Of a stretch of 54,789 nt of DNA, positions 37,633 through 43,695 are shown piece by piece (position 1 is the stretch's first letter; every line of letters begins with the position of its first letter). Under the pieces are notes generated by a model that ran no database searches, had not been told where the DNA came from, and was given only the letters and a program-made list of their open reading frames with translations. The DNA comes from Oscillatoriales cyanobacterium PMM_0019 (GTDB lineage: Bacteria > Cyanobacteriota > Cyanobacteriia > Cyanobacteriales > CASBRB01). The DNA lies in the NCBI GenBank assembly GCA_949127975.1, contig CASBRB010000089.1, positions 1 through 54,789 on the forward strand. The letters are read 5' to 3'. The position numbers and the translations under genes are program-made.

Positions 37633-39339
37633 ATGACTAGCTTTAGGCAGGGTAAAATGTTTAAAAATGTTACTTATGCGTTTAGAGAAGGGCTAAGAAA
37701 AATCTTGCAAGAAGGAGAGGTAATTGCAGTGCGATCGCATGAAACCAAGGAAGTGCGATCACATCTAATTAAAATTTCCTCTCCCCTAGAGCGGGTTTAT
37801 CTTATTCCTCACCGAAATAACAACATTTTCGCTCAAATTGCCGAAACGCTGTGGATGATTGCCGGACGCAGTGACATGGCTTTTTTATCACATTACCTGC
37901 CCCGTGCCGTTGATTTTTCCGATGATGGCAAAGTGTGGAGAGGTGCTTATGGTAGTAGGCTGAGAAACTGGCAAGGTATAGATCAAATTGAAGAAGTAGC
38001 GCGGCTTCTCCGTCAAGATCCTAACAGCCGTCGTGCTGTAATGGTGATTTTCGATCCGGCACAAGATTATCTAGACAGTAAAGACATCCCTTGCAACAAT
38101 TGGCTACATTTTCTGATTCGCGATGGGCGCTTGCACCTGAATGTATCTATTCGCTCTAACGATATCTGGTGGGGATTTTCAGGGATTAATACTTTTGAAT
38201 GGAGCGTGCTGCATGAGATGATGGCTTATTGGACGCGATCTAAAGTAGGAGAGTATAGTCACTTTGCTAGTTCTTTCCACTTATACGAACGCCATTACCA
38301 GCCTGCTGAAAAAATAATTGCTACCTCTCAGGATAAAACCTTATATGACTTCGGATTTACTAACCCGCCATTTAGCATCCCATTTGAAGAGTTTGACGAA
38401 GCAATGGTGCGATGGTTTGCCATAGAAGATAAAATGCGTCAGGGTGAGACAAACCTGAGGCAGGAAATCAATAATTTTGATGATAGCTTTCTCAGAAACA
38501 GCCTAGAGATGTTGTATATCTATAATCGCTATCTGCTGGGAGCTGAGGGGGAAGAGATTGCCCAGCTTATAGAAGAGTTGCCGCCTAATGATTTTAAGAT
38601 TGGGGCGATCGAGTATTTTTCTCGTAAGTTAAAAAATAGAGAGTTGGTAAAACTCCAGGATAAAGAGAGAGAATATTTCCAGTATTTCTGGGGAGCGGAT
38701 GTAGCTGATAATTTATCTGTTACAGTACCCGGTAAATCCGTCGTCACCTTTTCATTTATTTTTGCTAAATTAAGCATACTCCACTATAAGAAAAGCCTCG
38801 TCTATAAAGACAGTTGGAAGAAGCACGGCGAGTTGCTGGGAGTTTTTGGCAATATTGCACGAAAGTACGATCGGATAGAAGTAATCATGAAGGATAAAGT
38901 TAAGCCAACTTCTGATGAATCTCTACTGGATACTGTAGCAGATATGGCTGTTTATTTAACTAAGTATATGACCTATCTAGCAGAACATTACCAAACTATC
39001 TTTAAGGAGTTTATCGGGCAATATCCTTCAGTGGAGCCAATTGAACATTACTGGGATAATCAAGGATTTGAGTCTGTAGTGAAAATCCTGATTAGGAGAT
39101 ATGACAATTCTGGGGAGTGGGAGCAGATTTCTAACTACGGCGATTGCTTTGCTGCCCTGAGCAAGAATTATAAAGTACTTGAAGATATCCTGATTAATGG
39201 TGACTGGCGCAGCAGCGATCCGCGAAAATGTTCATTTGCCGCTGATTTAGCTATTAGTGCAATGCATTTTCTGGTGCTGGCGTCACAAAAAGAACCGGAG
39301 AAGTTCCAGAAACTCTTAAGGTATATAGAAATGCTTTAG
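37633..39339 (+). CDS. Thymidylate synthase-family protein fused to a C-terminal all-alpha MazG/DUF1599-like domain
   Basis: TS core: ETLWMIAGRSD...YGSRLRNWQGIDQIEEVARLLRQDPNSRRAVMVIFDPAQD...IPCNNWLHFLIRDGRLHLNVSIRSNDIWWGFSGINTFEW. C-terminus: YKDSWKKHGELLGVFGNIARKYDRIEVI...ESLLDTVADMAVYLTKY. Confidence 0.7.
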   Translation: MTSFRQGKMFKNVTYAFREGLRKILQEGEVIAVRSHETKEVRSHLIKISSPLERVYLIPHRNNNIFAQIAETLWMIAGRSDMAFLSHYLPRAVDFSDDGKVWRGAYGSRLRNWQGIDQIEEVARLLRQDPNSRRAVMVIFDPAQDYLDSKDIPCNNWLHFLIRDGRLHLNVSIRSNDIWWGFSGINTFEWSVLHEMMAYWTRSKVGEYSHFASSFHLYERHYQPAEKIIATSQDKTLYDFGFTNPPFSIPFEEFDEAMVRWFAIEDKMRQGETNLRQEINNFDDSFLRNSLEMLYIYNRYLLGAEGEEIAQLIEELPPNDFKIGAIEYFSRKLKNRELVKLQDKEREYFQYFWGADVADNLSVTVPGKSVVTFSFIFAKLSILHYKKSLVYKDSWKKHGELLGVFGNIARKYDRIEVIMKDKVKPTSDESLLDTVADMAVYLTKYMTYLAEHYQTIFKEFIGQYPSVEPIEHYWDNQGFESVVKILIRRYDNSGEWEQISNYGDCFAALSKNYKVLEDILINGDWRSSDPRKCSFAADLAISAMHFLVLASQKEPEKFQKLLRYIEML

Positions 39340-39348
39340 ATTACTCAG

Positions 39349-39420
39349 GTAGAGACAGCGGTTGGTAGGGGCAATCCCCCCGTGGTTGCCCCTATATATG
39401 CCCAGTCTGCTACAGTACTG
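39349..39420 (+). repeat. SDR variant copy
   Basis: gtagagacagcggttggtaggggcaatccccccgtggttgcccctatatatgcccagtctgctacagtactg. Confidence 0.7.
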
Positions 39421-39437
39421 AAGGACTAAAGTTGTAG

Positions 39438-39470
39438 TTGTAGGTTGGGTTGAGGAACGAAACCCAACAT
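39438..39470 (+). repeat. 33-bp GTAGGTTGGGTTGAGGAACGAAACCCAACAT element, nested
   Basis: It is flanked on both sides by a duplicated ctgctacagtactgaaggactaaagt (about 39407-39432 and 39518-39543). Confidence 0.8.
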
Positions 39471-39531
39471 CTTCAGTACTTTAGCACCTTGACAGGGCTA
39501 CCTTATATATGCGCAGTCTGCTACAGTACTG

Positions 39532-39747
39532 AAGGACTAAAGTCCTCACTACGAACCTGTAAGGACTTTAGTCCTCACTACGAACCTGTAAGGACTTTAG
39601 TCCTCACTACGAGCCTGTAAGGACTTTAGTCCTCACTACGAACCTGTAAGGACTAAAGTCCTCACTACGAACCTGTAAGGACTTTAGTCCTCACTACGAG
39701 CCTGTAAGGACTAAAGTCCTCACTACGAGCCTGTAAGGACTAAAGTT
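39532..39747. repeat. Tandem array of 7.4 copies of a 29-bp unit (AAGGACTWWAGTCCTCACTACGARCCTGT)
   Basis: Units start at 39532, 39561, 39590, 39619, 39648, 39677, 39706 and 39735. There are no spacers. The last partial unit overlaps the desB stop codon (39740-39742). Confidence 0.9.
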
Positions 39748-40810
39748 CTTTTTTCGATTTGTAGTAAACTTTTCCTCCTGCATCCGGAACAAAATGGCAA
39801 CTGATGTAAGCATTCCAAAAGCCTTGCCAAATTGGCTGGCTAGATATTCGGTAGTAGTCTCCCAAAATGGGTTTTATTGCCTCATTAGCCGCTAACAAAT
39901 GATAGTGAGGAATGCTCAGGAAGATGTGGTGAACTACATGAGTACCAATATTGTGGTGAATGCGATTCAGCAACCCATAATCTTGGTCTATAGTAGAAAG
40001 GGCACCCTTTAGAAAATACCAATCTTTGCCTCGATACCAGGGAATCTCAGGGGTTGTGTGATGCAGAAATGTTACTAAATCGAGCAATACCACAAAAACT
40101 ACATAGGGGCCGAGATAATACTTCAGGAGAAATATCCAGCCATATTCATAGGTGAGCCAGCTTAATAACCCAACCATCAAAATGCAGCACGTTGTGCTGG
40201 TGATGATATCCCATTTCTCTGAAGGCTTAAAAAGTGGACTCTCTGGCATAAAGTGAGAGCCTTTCTTACCGGGCGAACGTTTAAACAAATACAAGGGATA
40301 GGCAATCAGCAAAAGATGGAACCGAAACAGCTTTTCATACCAGGGCATACTCCGATACTTGCTTTCTGTAACGGGATACCAACTTTCATCAGTGTCGATA
40401 TTTGCGGTGTTTTGGTGATGAGTTCTGTGGCTGATGCGCCAGCCATGAAAGGGAACAAGTATGGGAGTATGAGCTAGATGACCAATCAAATTATTCAGCC
40501 ATTTCTGGCGGGAAAAGGAACCGTGCCCGCAATCATGCCCCACGACAAACAGTGCCCAAAACATGGTACCCTGCATCAGCCAAAATATTGGCCATAACCA
40601 CCAGTAATCTAGGAAGTAAGCCCCTCCATAGAGGATACCGATTACAGTTATATCCAGGAAAAAGTAAAAAAGTGATTTCCTATTTTGTGGGTTAAAGCAA
40701 TAGGAAGGAATGGCGGATTTTAATTGAGCAAGAGTGAAGGGAAGTTCTGCCCCAACATCAGAAACTTCTTCTTGTGGAGGAGCAGTTAAATTGTCACACG
40801 TAGATTGCAT
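39740..40810 (-). CDS. desB: Acyl-lipid omega-3 (delta-15-type) fatty acid desaturase
   Basis: The three His boxes are HDCGHGSF, HRTHHQN and HVVHH. LPFTLAQLKSAIPSYCF and HDCGHGSFS resemble the omega-3 (DesB/FAD7) class rather than the DesA class. Confidence 0.7.
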   Translation of the reverse strand: MQSTCDNLTAPPQEEVSDVGAELPFTLAQLKSAIPSYCFNPQNRKSLFYFFLDITVIGILYGGAYFLDYWWLWPIFWLMQGTMFWALFVVGHDCGHGSFSRQKWLNNLIGHLAHTPILVPFHGWRISHRTHHQNTANIDTDESWYPVTESKYRSMPWYEKLFRFHLLLIAYPLYLFKRSPGKKGSHFMPESPLFKPSEKWDIITSTTCCILMVGLLSWLTYEYGWIFLLKYYLGPYVVFVVLLDLVTFLHHTTPEIPWYRGKDWYFLKGALSTIDQDYGLLNRIHHNIGTHVVHHIFLSIPHYHLLAANEAIKPILGDYYRISSQPIWQGFWNAYISCHFVPDAGGKVYYKSKKEL

Positions 40811-40877
40811 TCGGTTCGCGATTTAAACTGACAGCATAGATTATACGCCAATCATAGTCGCTAAATCTAGAGACAGG

Positions 40878-41936
40878 CTAAATTTTTGGCAAAATAACTT
40901 TTTCCGCTTGATCTTGATACTTGCCCTTTCGTTGCTCGTAAGTAGTCTGACAAGATTCTCCTTCTAAGAAAAGCAATTGACAAACTCCCTCCGAAGCGTA
41001 TATTCTAGCATCAGCAGGAGAAGAATTAGAAAATTCTAGCGTTAAGTGTCCCCGCCATCCCGCTTCGGCAGGAGTTATGTTAGCAATAATGCCGCAATTG
41101 TGGACAAAAACTCCGGCAGCGATCGCAAAATTTCCCGCTTCAGGAACCGTTAAGCAATAAACATCATGAATGCCAGGAATATCCTGGACTGACGCAACTT
41201 TATGGTTTTTGACCCCTGTTAGCGGCTGATATACTGTTTCATAACCCCGTGTATTTTCCCGATATAGCGGCATCAAAGAATCATTTGGTCTTAAATCATC
41301 CGCAGGTACCATGCTACCATGCCTTTTCATAAAAAGATGGTCTGGGGTACAAAAAATCGATTCCTCATTATCCAAAGTCACTTTCACCAAGGAATCTCGA
41401 CCAATATAACGAGGGTTTGACAAAAGTGTTATAATTACCAGTCCATTTTTATCTATGCTGTATCCCCAAAAATTCTCCCCTTGCTGGGCCCGCTGGGCCA
41501 TCTCCTCTAAGGTGGGAGAACTGCCATCAACTAAGGCTACACGAGTATCCCCTCGAAAGCAGCGAGCATAAGTAGATTTACCCAGACAAATTACAGTAAT
41601 ATTCTCCGGTATATTTAGATGCTCTAGCGCCACCCCAAGCCCGTAGGATCTTCCCGGCAAGATAAAAAATTCTCCATCGCGATCGCGCTGAAGTTCTCCA
41701 ACCTCCAAATTTTCTGGATTAAACCGCTTGGGATTAACAATTGTACCTGGGATATGTCTAAAAATCCTAAATTCTTTTGGTGAAAGTCTGATATCGTACC
41801 CGTAACTCGAGCATCCAAATGACAACACGGGTATGATATTTGCCTCAAATTCCATACTCCTAACAAGTTTCGGATCGAATGGCTGAATCATTCCTGATTC
41901 AGCCATCTTAGCAATCCAAATATCATTTTTTATCAT
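40878..41936 (-). CDS. dcd: dCTP deaminase interrupted by a mini-intein
   Basis: The exteins are MIKNDIWI...SYGYDIRL...GKSTYAR | CGIIANITPAEAGWRGHLTLEFSNSS. These align with E. coli Dcd GRSSLARLGLMVH...DPGWSGCIVLEFYN. The intein lies between them. Confidence 0.9.
   Translation of the reverse strand: MIKNDIWIAKMAESGMIQPFDPKLVRSMEFEANIIPVLSFGCSSYGYDIRLSPKEFRIFRHIPGTIVNPKRFNPENLEVGELQRDRDGEFFILPGRSYGLGVALEHLNIPENITVICLGKSTYARCFRGDTRVALVDGSSPTLEEMAQRAQQGENFWGYSIDKNGLVIITLLSNPRYIGRDSLVKVTLDNEESIFCTPDHLFMKRHGSMVPADDLRPNDSLMPLYRENTRGYETVYQPLTGVKNHKVASVQDIPGIHDVYCLTVPEAGNFAIAAGVFVHNCGIIANITPAEAGWRGHLTLEFSNSSPADARIYASEGVCQLLFLEGESCQTTYEQRKGKYQDQAEKVILPKI
41097..41561 (-). other. Mini-intein (155 aa, no homing-endonuclease domain) in dcd
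   Basis: Begins CFRGDTRVALVDG (block A, Cys1). Block B is IFCTPDHLF (TxxH). Ends GVFVHN, followed by the +1 Cys (CGII). Confidence 0.85.
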
Positions 41937-41944
41937 GTTCTATT

Positions 41945-42481
41945 CTAAGTACGGTGACTCCGACGAATCTGGGTAATTTGATCCGCTACTTCCAAAATTG
42001 CTGGCGGCATTTCTGGCCCTGTCAAAATAATATCTACATGATGGGGGCGTTCTTCTAGAAAAGCTAGCACTTCCTTTTCTGGAATCAAACCAAAATTAAT
42101 CGCTAAACTGAGTTCATCCAAAACCACTAGGGAATATCTACCCTCAAAAACCACCTTTTGAGTATGTTGCCACAACTGTAGCAAAGATTCAGCCTCAGCT
42201 TGGTCGAGATGGGGAGTATCAATACAGCGGGGCAAGTCGCAGCGTATCCAATCTAAGTGCTGCCCTAGTTTAACGGGATGCTCGCGCCCTTGGTTGATTC
42301 CTCCTTTAAGGAACTGTACCACTAGGACTGGTGTCCCCTGTGCTGCAATTCTCAGCGCTTGCGCCATCACGCTAGTAAAAAAGCTGCGGCAAGAGGAGGT
42401 GAAAACCTGTACTAGCCCTTCAACCTTGTAGGGTAGGGGTGAAGAAGAATTGACAGTGGGGGTTTCTAGCTGGGCAATCAT
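41945..42481 (-). CDS. CobA/CobO/BtuR-family protein with a degenerate P-loop
   Basis: VVQFLKGG...YSLVVLDELSLAINFGLI...VDIILTGPEMPP matches the corrinoid adenosyltransferase family. The GxGKGKTT position reads SSCRSFFT. It ends 8 nt before the dcd start. Confidence 0.7.
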   Translation of the reverse strand: MIAQLETPTVNSSSPLPYKVEGLVQVFTSSCRSFFTSVMAQALRIAAQGTPVLVVQFLKGGINQGREHPVKLGQHLDWIRCDLPRCIDTPHLDQAEAESLLQLWQHTQKVVFEGRYSLVVLDELSLAINFGLIPEKEVLAFLEERPHHVDIILTGPEMPPAILEVADQITQIRRSHRT

Positions 42482-42649
42482 AGGGCAATATCCAGTGAGC
42501 GACTAAGAAAAAAATGTAGAACTGCTGCTGCCACATTTCGAGCCAGCAATCAATATCTAGTGTGTTTCTCTAATATTTCTCCCATTAAAACACTATATAT
42601 GTACTCGCGTCAAGATCCAAACGGCATAAGTCGGTGCTCTAAGATTATT

Positions 42650-42823
42650 AGGACTTACGCACTGCCCCTATATATATGCCAGTTGCTATAATTGTAGGTT
42701 GGGTTGAGGAACGAAACCCAACATCACCAATGTGGGTTCAGGCAGTTGTAGGTTGGGTTGAGGAACGAAACCCAACATCACCAGTTTGGGCTACACTACA
42801 GTTGAGGCAGTGCTACAGTACTG
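42650..42823. repeat. Split SDR carrying two nested copies of the 33-bp GTAGGTTGGG... element
   Basis: aggacttacgcactgcccctatatatatgccag ... (42692-42724, 42746-42778) ... gaggcagtgctacagtactg. Confidence 0.75.
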
Positions 42824-42827
42824 AGTA

Positions 42828-43047
42828 ATACCAAATCCGGGTTAAATACCCCCCTTATCCTTTGCTCGTTTTTGCTCGTTCCCAGGCAGAGCCTGGGAAC
42901 GGACTATTGTCGGCTCTGCCGACAGTCAGAGGTATGTACTCACTACCGAGGTTAGTGCTTTGAATCGGGAGGCAGAGCCTCGTGAAGGCGTTACCAGGCA
43001 GGAGCCTGGTAACGAGAAAAAGGGGCTAACCAATCCGGATTTGGTAT
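42828..43047. mobile_element. 220-bp MITE-like element
   Basis: Perfect 13-bp terminal inverted repeats: ATACCAAATCCGG (42828-42840) and CCGGATTTGGTAT (43035-43047). Internal hairpins are GTTCCCAGGCAGAGCCTGGGAAC and GTTACCAGGCAGGAGCCTGGTAAC. It has no coding capacity. Confidence 0.7.
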
Positions 43048-43050
43048 AAA

Positions 43051-43629
43051 TCACCTTGGTTCGTCCGCCAGCGCTTTTCGAGATTTTGGGCTGCGCTTCA
43101 TTACACTGATAGTGCCATCACTTTCCATAAATGCCACCTTCACCTCATCAAGCTTTTGCACACCTTGTTTGCGCAGCAAGCTCATCAACTCCTCCTGGGT
43201 AAGCAATTCTTGTTCCATGCTCTCGCGAACTATGCGCCCATTACGCACCAGTGCCTTCGGAGGTGGGTTGAGGAAGCGCCCTAAGCGTGGAAATTTATAG
43301 CCTAACCAGTTGACAATGTAGCTCCAGAAGATAATCGTGCTAACGAGAACAAATCCCTCAGTAAGAGATGTATAATTGCTTGCCAGAGCATTTTGAGCTG
43401 CGTTGACAAACAGTACCACTACCAGAATATCGGCAATTCCAACAGCTCCTATGTGGCGATTAGGGAGAAATCGCATAATAGTAAAAAGCATCAAGTAAAC
43501 CAATGAGCCACGGATTAATACTTCTGCTAGCGAGGTACTAGGAACAAACAACTTATACCAATTAACCTTAAAAAGTATATCCAGCCAGTTCTGTGTTTGT
43601 TCAAATTCAAGCAAAAAATCGGTATGCAT
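43051..43629 (-). CDS. DUF421 (YetF-like) membrane protein
   Basis: Three N-terminal TM segments plus a C-terminal soluble domain (RNGRIVRESMEQELLTQEELMSLLRKQGV), which is the pattern of the YetF/DUF421 family. Confidence 0.7.
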   Translation of the reverse strand: MHTDFLLEFEQTQNWLDILFKVNWYKLFVPSTSLAEVLIRGSLVYLMLFTIMRFLPNRHIGAVGIADILVVVLFVNAAQNALASNYTSLTEGFVLVSTIIFWSYIVNWLGYKFPRLGRFLNPPPKALVRNGRIVRESMEQELLTQEELMSLLRKQGVQKLDEVKVAFMESDGTISVMKRSPKSRKALADEPR

Positions 43630-43695
43630 AATAATAATGTTTAATAACGTCTTGATCGTTGCCTTTTTTCTCTACGCGCAGTCAGGCTTCAGGCA

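Noticed and set aside
39532-39747. Possible CRISPR array (regular 29-bp palindrome-containing repeats)
   Set aside because: The units are directly abutting with no unique spacers, and no cas genes are in the window. It is a simple tandem repeat.
40878-41936. dcd as a stand-alone anti-phage nucleotide-depletion dCTP deaminase
   Set aside because: The extein is a normal-length (197 aa) housekeeping-type Dcd with no extra kinase or sensor domain, and it is coupled to a metabolic-family gene. I see no sequence evidence for the defensive subtype.
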